Shown here: in pieces, positions 1 through 8,867 of the stretch | How positions within the stretch are numbered: position 1 is the stretch's first letter | Layout: each line of letters opens with the position of its first letter | Source of the DNA: Craspedostauros australis | Lineage: Eukaryota | Length of the DNA: 20,000 bases | Assembly (NCBI GenBank): GCA_030167865.1 | Contig: JALAGF010003940.1 | Coordinates: forward strand, 46,412-66,411 | Reading direction: 5' to 3' | Notes under the pieces: model-generated | Database searches by the model: none | What the model saw: the letters and a program-made list of their open reading frames with translations, nothing else | Told to the model about the DNA's origin: nothing | Position numbers and translations under genes: made by a program

Positions 1-298
1 TGTGGTGCATGTGAGCACATGCTCTCAAGGGGAGTTTGTTGTTTGGACACCTCGGACGCATCCTTGAATGTGCGACCATCGCATGTTCCTCTACCGCGTT
101 CTTCTCGCCAAATCAGACCTCCAATCCTCTGCGATCGCCCAAACTGAAAGCTTGTCGTTGTGTTGGTTGCCTCTTGCTGCCGCTGTTCTTCTGGGTGCTG
201 CTGTGATGGCGTAGCCGCACGTTCGCGGCGTGGACATGATTGGTATCCTGCTTTCGCGTCAGATCAGAGCATCAGAACGGCGGGCAAGCGGGACGCGC

Positions 299-2670
299 TT
301 AGTATCGGTTGTCCTCCATGGCATCCACCCGCTCTCTTCCGTCTCCAGATCCAGCCTCGTGGCGGTTCCAGTCCCAGTCGAGGCTGCTGTGGTTGTTCGT
401 GTAGCCCTGGCTTCGGAAGAGGTCGCGGAACATTCCTCGCAGGTAGGCGATGTTTGGCTTGGCCTCGAACTTGAGGGATCGGCAGTACGCCAGGTACTCG
501 GCGAACTGCGATGGGCAGCCCTGGCACAGGGCTGGGATGGTGATGCTCTGCTTCTTCTCCATGATGAGCTTGTACTTCTTGGTGGCGGACTTGGCCTTGA
601 GTCCCTGCCATGGGAGTCCTCCCTTGAGGAAGTAGACGAGGACGTACCCGATGGACTCGAGATCGTCACGACGGGACTGCTCCACACCCAAGTGATTGTT
701 GATGGATGCGTAACGTGGGGTTCCTGTCAGCGAACGTCCCTCGCGCTGTGGGATGTGCTGCAGTGTTCGGGGGTGACGGTATCGCTTGGAGAGACCGAAA
801 TCGATACAGTAGATGAAGTTGCCGTTTCCACGGCCACCGTCTGTCACGAAGTTAGCTGGCTTGATATCTCTGTGAATCAAGTGACGCGAATGCATGAGCT
901 CCACACGCTCGAGCATCTGATCGGCAACCATGAGAACGGTCTTGAGGGAGAATCGTCGTCCGCACTTGTTGAACTGGTCCTCGAGGGATGGTCCGAGCAG
1001 ATCCATGACCATGAGGTTGTAGGAGTCCTGTGTTCCGAAGTAGTGGACCTTGGCGAAACCTGGCGCATTCTGCAACTCACGGTACACCTTGTACTCGTGA
1101 CGAAGCTGAGGGCATCGTGCTCCGTGCTTCTCGAACTTCACAGCGACCTGTCATTTGAAGTGTATTGTTGTGTGTTGGCATCATACGAGAGAGATAAACA
1201 TAGATCAAATAGAGAACCAGAACGAGCGTGTGAGGTTTCCCGCGCTGGAGCTGTTGAGTGTGGATGTATGCATGGAAGGTAGACGCAGTGGGTGCGTGGT
1301 GGGCTTTGGAGCTGTTACAGGTCCCTGCTGGTTGTTGCGGGGGGACTTGGATTTGGGAACTGGTTGGAGTGACCTTGGTCATTGTCGAAACATCATGAGG
1401 GACAAAAGCGCGCCATGGGGAAAGGCTGCTGTTTGCGCCGCTTCCAACAGTGTCGATCGACTCCTATTCGATCATGTTGACGCCGACAAGAAGGGAGCGG
1501 CGCATCGGGTGGTAGAAATGGACCGACCTGCATGCCAGGTGCTTTTGAACCGCAGGATGGACGCTGCGGTACCAAAGGTCGCCGATTGGGTTCTTCGCTG
1601 ATCGTCGCAGCAGCTGCCGGGCCTCCGTGTGCGTATCCTGCTTCGACTGCAAGTAGACACACGAATGCCTTGTCGCCAAGACGGGTTGACGTTGGCGAAG
1701 AGGTTCTGGGCACAATCACACGCAGAGATTGTCGCTTGATCGATGGGTCTGAGAGTGCCCACCGAACCTGATCGCGCTTGCGTCGTTGTGTCTCTTCGTA
1801 GTCGCTCCGAGTTGCGGGATGACCGCCTAGCCGTGTGCGACCTCGAGAGCAGACGCTGCGAAAGGGAGTGCACATGTGTCTGGCGCAAGCTGCTCAGTCG
1901 ATGTCGCTGCCGTCGTTGTCCTTCGCTCGCTCCCTTTTGCACAAGCGTCACCATGGCCATGGAAAATCTGTATCTTTGTTTGTTGCTCTTGGCGATGCCA
2001 GCTCACGGAGTTTTTGACGGTCTGTTGTCCACACGACACAGCTGGCAAGCTCCTGGAGCAAGACGACAGCAGAGGCAGAGCACATACGAACAAACCCCAA
2101 GCCTACAGCCGTCCAGAACAAGAATCTAGTTGCAAGTCTACGCACCTTTTCGCCGTTGGCGCCGACACCAAGGTAGATGTCTCCGAAGGAACCTCCTCCG
2201 ACACGCTTGGTGATGCGGTATTTCTGTTGTGATCAGTCGTGCCCAAATGCAGCAACAGATACGGAAGAAGGCGTGTGCCGATGCAGACAAGTAGAGTGTG
2301 ACGAGTGAATGGAGGGATATGGGTGGGCATGTCGGTGTGAGTTTGAGGGAGTGCGTGGGGTGTTGTTGCTGATGATGAAGCGAGATTACTCAAGTCCGTT
2401 GCTGATGTCCTTGCTGCTGCTCTTGTTGCTTTTCGTGCCCGCTTGCAGATTCCTGCCTCGCAAAACACGCGCAGAGCCGCGCAAAAAGGCAGCAACAACG
2501 CTCCGCGCAAAAGCCACCGTCTTTGTCGTCGGCTTTGTTCGCGCCTTTGTCAAACACGGCAAACAATCTCCGTTCCAAAACAAATCCACGCCATGGTCGG
2601 CGCAAACGCTGCACAGTTATCGCCGTCGGTGTCGTTGTCGTCGTGGACGTACAGAGATGGATGATTGCAT
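299..2670 (-). CDS. CK1: Casein kinase 1 family Ser/Thr kinase, 3 exons (2670-2653, 2223-2146, 1147-299), ~314 aa
   Basis: Exon 3 has CK1 signatures HRDIKPANF, DFGLSK, LTGTPRYASIN, EQSRRDDLES, LPWQGLK. The missing N-lobe (KYRITKRVGGGSFGDIYLGVGANGEK) reads at 2223-2146, flanked by CAG and GT, and joins in phase 0 to VAVKFEK. An in-frame TGA at 2235-2233 requires a further exon. ATG CAA TCA TCC ATC TCT|GTACGT at 2670-2653 in a CAAG-ATG context fits; this exon is the least certain. Confidence 0.95.
1148..2145 (-). other. CK1 intron 2 (998 bp, GT-AG, phase 0)
   Basis: Donor AAG|GTGCGT at 2145 and acceptor ACAG|GTC at 1148. Splicing restores the conserved GEK-VAVK of kinase subdomain II. Confidence 0.9.
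2224..2652 (-). other. CK1 intron 1 (429 bp, GT-AG, phase 0)
   Basis: Donor GTACGT at 2652 and acceptor ...CTGATCACAACAG at 2224, with a branch-point-like CTGAT. Confidence 0.75.
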
Positions 2671-3334
2671 CTTGTCGGTCTGTGTTGTTGGATGATGCTT
2701 TGGGTTGTGTTGCAAGTGTGCTGAGTGGGGAGGTGGATGCCTTCTTTGCTCCTCCTTCCTTGTCCTCTTTTTTTGGGGGTCCTGTCCGTCTGTGTCTGTG
2801 GCTGTGTTGTCTGCCCCTTGCTTTTCTCTGTTCGTCGGATTGTGTCCTCGCACAGATCTACGTGCAAACAAGCAAGCGACGCAAAAAACTCTCCAACAGC
2901 GAAAGAGTGCACAGTTGTGCGTGTTGCTGTTTTTTCTGCGTGCTTTGTCATACACGCAGAAAAGACGTGCAACTGCACGCAGATGTCACCTTTTCGCGAT
3001 GACACACACAGGCACAAGTCCGCGTTACTGGGCAAAAACTCTGCTTTGAAAACACTGCATGCAAGGAAGGATCGGGCGGTCTTTTGGGCGCAGTGTCCCT
3101 TCCAGGTTTGGGCGAGAGACGCTTGACGATTGGTTGTGGGTGTCTGCTCTGTGTGACAGCTAATTTTATCCTTATTCCGATACTAATCGTAAAAGTGCGA
3201 CATCCGGTGTTCTCAACAGAGCCAGAAGGCTGCATCGCCAAAGACCGCATCTACGCAGCAAGACAACCCGGATTTCGCTAAAACGATTCAAGATAATTTT
3301 CATTGTCCAATGCACGTCTTCTATTTGTCGCAAA

Positions 3335-3345
3335 TGACGTCACGT
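3335..3345. promoter_or_regulatory. CRE-type palindrome TGACGTCA(CGT) in the divergent CK1/LRR intergenic region
   Basis: Perfect 8-bp palindrome roughly midway between the two divergent start codons. Function is inferred only. Confidence 0.35.
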
Positions 3346-3812
3346 CCTGTTTTCTTTCGGGTTCGATCTCCTTCATCTTCGCCAAACGGTCTCCGAGACA
3401 TGCCATTCCCTTTCGCGGTCACAATCCCCTGTTTAGGAATCTGAAACGGATTCTTCGCCCCCGAATTAGTATCGGCTCTGCGTCTGTCATGTGTACGCAA
3501 AGCAGGCGACCTGGCGAATCTGCTCAAAACAACCAACAAACCAAACGAACCAACAAACAACCGCCAAACCAGAGAGAAATGCGAAAAAATGAACTCGACC
3601 ATGGCGCTTGTCTGGTGGGATGGCGAACGGCATCTCTGATCGTCGTGGATGAGTGCTCGCGGAGTACCAATACCAGCTACTTGCGGAGTATCTGTCTTGG
3701 AAGCAAGCCAATGAAATCAACTTTCGACTCCACCAAACACACCCAGTGCATTATTCAGCGTCATCAACAACGAGGATAGCGATAGCTGGAGGCACAACCG
3801 CGTGGAAACACG

Positions 3813-5597
3813 ATGAGGGAGATACCCAAGCTGCAGACTTTGTGCTTGCGCGTCGTGGGTTCGCAGGCATGCAGCGCGGAGAAGACGTTCGCGCGCAAGG
3901 CAGATGGCACCCTGAGTTCGGCATCCAAGCTCCTGCGCAGCTTCCACAAACGGCCATGTCCACGCAATCAGCTCAGGTCCAAAGTGACATCATCAGACGG
4001 CAATGCCGAGCATGGTGAAAGTTTTGGTTACGGCAATGAAATTGATGTTGGAAATGAGGGGGGCAATGGCGACGATAGCCATCGCAATCAAGATGGCGCA
4101 TCTGCATCTGCCAATCAAGGTCCTTCAATGAAACAGGAATCGTCGTCGTCACCAGCAACATCTTCCGCAACATCTGCTACATCACCAGCGGATCAGGTCA
4201 TGATGAACCGCACTCCTTGCATCGGAAAAGGATCCGCACGACGCGAGCAGGCCAACGAGGTGGATTTGAACCATCCCATCATCGGAACGCGCTTCATTCC
4301 CAACTACGACGCCATCGATCCGGAAGTCCGGGAATTGAACCAATCCAACATTCCATCCCAGAATGGCGGCAGCAACAGCAGCAGCAACAGCAAGGACCAC
4401 ACCCTCGTCATGGAGTACGGCAACCCGGTCCTCGATTGCTTGCAATCCTTCATCGATTCGTTGGTGGAATTGGGACGCATGGACGATGCGAGGCTGGGCG
4501 TCAACTTCTGCAAGGAGTGGAAGGCCAACGTCATGCTGGCGCATGGTCACAAGCTTCCGCTGCGATTGGCGGGCGTCGTCGAGGAGACGGAAGACAGCAA
4601 GGGTGGAAAGAAAAAGAGCAAAGCCCAGGCCGCAGCCAGCGCCTTGTCGCGGCCCATTCGCAAGAAGAGACGCAGAACCCCAACGGGAACGGACGCCACG
4701 CCCTCTTCACCTGCCAACATGGGCGGCATCAGCAACAACGCCATGGTCACGTCGCCGATATCGCCTGACAAGAAGGACGACTCCAGCCGCATCGAGGACA
4801 TCGATGCCAAGGGTGCCTTCGGTGCTTTGTCGTTGCACAACTGCACGCTGCAACGCGACACCATCAATGCCATGGTCGCCAGCGGGATGGGCATCAACCT
4901 CACCGTCATCGACTTCAGCGGCGTCCAGGGCCTCAGCGATGACATGATGAACCACCTGCTGCCCCACTGCTCCAACCTGCGTCGCCTATCCATCAAGAAT
5001 TGTCGCAGACTCACGAAGGAGAGCATCGCGTTGATGGGCATCTACCAAACCCAACTGCAGTGCCTGGACATCGGCGGGTCCTACAACATCCTCCCGGTCG
5101 ATCTCATCAACCTCTGCGTCGCCACGCTGCCGCGCATGGAGGAACTGCACGCCAGCGGGTTGGCCTGGACCAACCCGCTGGTGCATCGGCTGTGCGGTCT
5201 GCACCCCTGGAAGGCGCTGAGCCTGGGTTTCACGCAATTCCTCACGGCGGGACCCTTGCGCGATGCCCTGCTGCAGGTCGCCAGCTCCCTGCAATCCATC
5301 TCGCTGCCGTTCTGCGAGAAGCTCGTCGACAATGCGTTGATGGGCGTGCTGGGGCGCAATCTGCCGCACGTCGTTTGCTTGGATGTGCGCGGCAACAGCA
5401 ATCTGAATTCTCTGACGGGATGGTACGATGGACGTGCCTCGGCGACCATGAAACCGCAAGCCTTGTCAGTGCTGGCGCGGTATTCCAGCATCACGAAGCA
5501 GTCGGTGGAAGAGACGAAGCGCATCCATCCCATCGAGACATCGACGTTGATATGCTCGTTGGATGGGACCGGCATAGGGATTGGGGTGTTGCGGTGA
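3813..5597 (+). CDS. Leucine-rich-repeat protein (RNI/AMN1/Rad7-like LRRs) with N-terminal BC-box-like motif and basic NLS-like patches, 594 aa
   Basis: Long intronless ORF with GC3-rich codons. C-terminal cysteine-containing LRRs (LTVIDFSGVQGLSD, LRRLSIKNCRRLT, LQCLDIGGSYNI, LQSISLPFCEKLVD, VVCLDVRGNSNL). N-terminal PKLQTLCLRVV. Basic stretches KKKSK and PIRKKRRR. Confidence 0.85.
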   Translation: MREIPKLQTLCLRVVGSQACSAEKTFARKADGTLSSASKLLRSFHKRPCPRNQLRSKVTSSDGNAEHGESFGYGNEIDVGNEGGNGDDSHRNQDGASASANQGPSMKQESSSSPATSSATSATSPADQVMMNRTPCIGKGSARREQANEVDLNHPIIGTRFIPNYDAIDPEVRELNQSNIPSQNGGSNSSSNSKDHTLVMEYGNPVLDCLQSFIDSLVELGRMDDARLGVNFCKEWKANVMLAHGHKLPLRLAGVVEETEDSKGGKKKSKAQAAASALSRPIRKKRRRTPTGTDATPSSPANMGGISNNAMVTSPISPDKKDDSSRIEDIDAKGAFGALSLHNCTLQRDTINAMVASGMGINLTVIDFSGVQGLSDDMMNHLLPHCSNLRRLSIKNCRRLTKESIALMGIYQTQLQCLDIGGSYNILPVDLINLCVATLPRMEELHASGLAWTNPLVHRLCGLHPWKALSLGFTQFLTAGPLRDALLQVASSLQSISLPFCEKLVDNALMGVLGRNLPHVVCLDVRGNSNLNSLTGWYDGRASATMKPQALSVLARYSSITKQSVEETKRIHPIETSTLICSLDGTGIGIGVLR

Positions 5598-5881
5598 GAC
5601 ACATATGTACTGGAATATAACATAATACAACAATACTCTCTCTCTCTGTCTGTCTCTGTCCAGAGAGAAATAGTAGAATAGTATCATACTACCCATGGCA
5701 GACATAACGATGCGCGCTCGCAGCTCAGTCCCAGGAGTTCCTTTGGTCCATTGGATGAGACTACTCCAGGCCGCATGACGGCTGGCCATCGCCCTTCCGT
5801 GAAGCATTGCTTGTTTGTACTCAATGATAGTCCGCAAAGTACAACACGATCCAGGGCGTACAATCCATCATCACTGGCTGA

Positions 5882-5957
5882 TGACGTTGTCGTGAGCACA
5901 TGAGTCACGTTCCCTACCAACCAACCAAAGAAATGATTTTATCGACGTCACGTTCCC
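5882..5957. promoter_or_regulatory. Cluster of bZIP-type motifs upstream of the fusion gene
   Basis: TGACGT 5882-5887, TGAGTCA 5901-5907, ACGTCA 5945-5950, and direct repeat GTCACGTTCCC at 5904 and 5947. Confidence 0.4.
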
Positions 5958-6243
5958 GTGAGAAGCCCAAGATTCGATTGCGTGGTTCGTTGCTTCGATC
6001 CACGCGCCTCGTCACTCGAAAGGGAGAACCGGGCCAAGACGATGCGCTTCCACAAGGGCTCACATTTCTCCCGGCGTGCACTTTCACAATAATATTGTAT
6101 TAAAATAATATTACAACAAGAGTAAACAAGCTCGATGATCACACTCGCTGTCTCCATTAGCACATAAAATAAACCAGACGAAAGGCATTGCCTTCAACAC
6201 CAAGAGCACCAACGTCACAAAAAGCATAATCACAACCACCAAG

Positions 6244-8568
6244 ATGATGAATCTTCGTCATCCTTTGGCACTGCAATTGGCCCTCATCCTTGCGGGCCGG
6301 TTGTGCTTCTCTGCCCGTACTGCACAGGCAGCCGCGTGGATGCCTGCGTCCACCCAACACAGACTTCGAATCCAACCTTTCGACACTGCACCGCGTCAGA
6401 CAACCACAACGCACGGCTCGACAGTTGAAGCCATTCCCACCATCGCCACCATCACTACACTCACACCTGCAAACGATCCCATTGCTCACGACCCCATTGC
6501 TCACGACCACCACAATTCGCCCTACGAGTACAGCGCGGAAGTCGTCGGAGGAGGACGATTCGGTTCCTTCTGGTCGTGCTACGGCACCCCTGATACCGAC
6601 GAGGACTTGGGCATGGGCCTGCCCATCGTTACGCCGCGTGGCGTCGCTCCCGGTTCTCAAACGGCCCCAGGATGCCCCATCTACGTTGCCACACCCGGAG
6701 GCGACGCATGGGAAGATGTCTACGCAAACACGGACGCGTCGAGACGCGAGGATCTCGTGTTGCTGGGCAACGGGATCGCACCGTGGAAGTTCGCCGACGC
6801 CACCGTTTGCATCCCGCATTACGCGGTCGTGCAGATTTGCAACACGACGTCGCATCAACATTACGGCGTGGGCCATGAGCAGTACATGGTCGGGACCAGC
6901 CCGGTCTCGCCGCCGACCTACGTCTACGGCAAACACGCTGACGCTGTCAGTGCCGTGCTCAATCGCCATGGCGTTCGGACAGAATCCATTCAGTGCTTCG
7001 ATGACGTGCGCGTGGCCGCCGCGGTCAAGCTCATGTGGGCATCCCTCTTGTGGATATTCTGCCACCTCACGACGCCCTCTTGCACCATCGGCGAGGCTCA
7101 TGAAATCCATCGTGATCAGATCGAGCAGGTCGTGGAGGAGCTCCTTCCTGCTCTCGATCTCTGGCATCGACTTCGCTCGGAGGAAGACGGTGACGGTGAC
7201 GAAGGCAGCGACAACCAAGTGCAAAGCAAGGAGGCCATCATTTCCTACCTTGAGGCATATTCCAAGTCAGTTGGCAGCGCAGTGCAGAAACTGGATCTGG
7301 ATGCGGTGGAGATTGCATCGCGCAACGGATTCTGGTTGAAACACCAGGCGCTGCTGCAGGAGGAGGCTCGTAAGAATGGCGATTCAAGCGTGAAGGATGT
7401 CCGTCAGACTCTCCACTTCCAGCTTGTCGAGCAGGTGGCCGGAAAGGAAAAGACCGATCTGATCATGAAAGAAATCGGCCTGGATGCCGACAGCGCAAAC
7501 AACAACGATGCCATCGCCACAGCCGTCCACGACACCCCCTCTCGGATGGTGAAGCTGCCAGGCACACAGTTGCGGTTGTCAGCAACATCAACTCCAGAAG
7601 CAGAACATACCAACGGTGATAGTCCACAACAGGATTCGCATCCTACACCACGGAACATTGTCGTCGTTGGTGGCGGCATCATGGGAGCTTCTGTTGCCAT
7701 GCAGCTGGCTCGGTTGACCGCGACTGCAGAAGCCGGAACCAACTCCATCGGCAACGTGCGCAAGACCACGATCACAGTCGTCGACCTTGCACCAACCACG
7801 CAGGACCACGCCACGGTCGGACGCCCCACACGCGCATGGCTCCATGCCAGCGGCAAGACCACCAAGCACTACCAGCGGATGAACCAGTGGGGATTGCAAT
7901 CCTGGAAGGAAGATCCGGCGCTGCGCAAGCTGCCATCGTGGACCGGCAGTCTCGCCCGATTTGCAACCCCCAACGATGACCAGACCGATGCGGATGGCTC
8001 CTCCGCTGGCCCTTTGCCAGCATTCCTCACGGATGGTGGATACGCCGTCGAAGGCCCGCTGACAAAGGAACGGTTGCGAGAACTGAAACCAATCGCGGAC
8101 TGGAACATGTCAGGACAACAGGAAGTCTCTGCCACAGACGAGACAGACGTCTACTACTTCGCCGACGAAGGTACCGTCGACCCAGATGCGGCCGCTCGAA
8201 CGTGCCGCGACGAGGCCGAATCCTTGGGCGTCGTCTTCCTGAAGAATTGCGACGCCACAGGATTGGTGTGGAGCGACCGCATCGAAGGCGTGCAGTGCGG
8301 ACCCTACGATCGCGTGCTGCCAGCTGATGTGGTCGTCGTGGCCGGTGACGCGGCTGGTGCCCTCGGCGATCTCCCTCAGGATGGATTGCCCGTCGTCGGC
8401 TACTTGTCCAATGCAGATGGCTCCGGGAACAGCGGCGTGTATTCGTTGGTGAACCATTCCGGCGTGACGCTAGGTCCGTTGTTGGGTTCCATGGCCGCCG
8501 TCGAAATCCTGCGCAACGTCCAACTGGATGTCCTGAAAAAGTACCGGCCATCGCGCTTTGGCAAATAA
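6244..8568 (+). CDS. Fusion protein: putative bipartite plastid presequence + ketopantoate-reductase-like (ApbA/At1g16080-like) domain + DAO-family FAD-binding domain with internal deletion, 774 aa
   Basis: Single uninterrupted ORF with a CAAG-ATG start. Domain 1 (~6538-7440) has VVGGGRFG, LVLLGNG, KLMW and EIASRNG. Domain 2 (~7651-8550) has IVVVGGGIMGASVA, ITVVD, EGTVDP, ADVVVVAG, DGLPVVG and HSGVTLGPLLG. Confidence 0.85.
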   Translation: MMNLRHPLALQLALILAGRLCFSARTAQAAAWMPASTQHRLRIQPFDTAPRQTTTTHGSTVEAIPTIATITTLTPANDPIAHDPIAHDHHNSPYEYSAEVVGGGRFGSFWSCYGTPDTDEDLGMGLPIVTPRGVAPGSQTAPGCPIYVATPGGDAWEDVYANTDASRREDLVLLGNGIAPWKFADATVCIPHYAVVQICNTTSHQHYGVGHEQYMVGTSPVSPPTYVYGKHADAVSAVLNRHGVRTESIQCFDDVRVAAAVKLMWASLLWIFCHLTTPSCTIGEAHEIHRDQIEQVVEELLPALDLWHRLRSEEDGDGDEGSDNQVQSKEAIISYLEAYSKSVGSAVQKLDLDAVEIASRNGFWLKHQALLQEEARKNGDSSVKDVRQTLHFQLVEQVAGKEKTDLIMKEIGLDADSANNNDAIATAVHDTPSRMVKLPGTQLRLSATSTPEAEHTNGDSPQQDSHPTPRNIVVVGGGIMGASVAMQLARLTATAEAGTNSIGNVRKTTITVVDLAPTTQDHATVGRPTRAWLHASGKTTKHYQRMNQWGLQSWKEDPALRKLPSWTGSLARFATPNDDQTDADGSSAGPLPAFLTDGGYAVEGPLTKERLRELKPIADWNMSGQQEVSATDETDVYYFADEGTVDPDAAARTCRDEAESLGVVFLKNCDATGLVWSDRIEGVQCGPYDRVLPADVVVVAGDAAGALGDLPQDGLPVVGYLSNADGSGNSGVYSLVNHSGVTLGPLLGSMAAVEILRNVQLDVLKKYRPSRFGK
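6475..6507 (+). repeat. 15-bp in-frame tandem duplication (DPIAH x2) in the linker before domain 1
   Basis: gatcccattgctcac gaccccattgctcac gac. Confidence 0.85.
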
Positions 8569-8867
8569 TGACATGGATGGTGCTGCAGAGTGTGTCGTAA
8601 AGTATTATTACGCTACAATAAAAAATAGAGTGAAGTATGCATGTTATGTCATTTCTGTAGAGTTGAATGAAATGAGCCAATGGTATTGCGGATGGAGGCT
8701 GTTGCGAAGAAAAGAAGTACAGAAATTGAAATTTGCTATTTTACTGTGCGTGGCATCGCGAGGGCGGCGCTGGCGTGCCGGATGGTGCGGCTACACCATG
8801 TTGAAAACAATTGTGGCAATATGATATATGTATGCGAAGGTACGCGACTGGACTATCCCCGTGGTTT

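Noticed and set aside
230-1282. 350-aa + strand ORF
   Set aside because: Antisense shadow of CK1 exon 3. It is expected from GC3-biased codons and has no independent motifs.
1393-3779. Numerous 60-160 aa ORFs
   Set aside because: They fall in CK1 introns, UTR or the divergent promoter region, are low-complexity and carry no motifs.
6157-7339. 355-aa minus-strand and 349-aa alternative-frame ORFs
   Set aside because: They overlap the well-supported fusion gene and have the composition of shadow frames.
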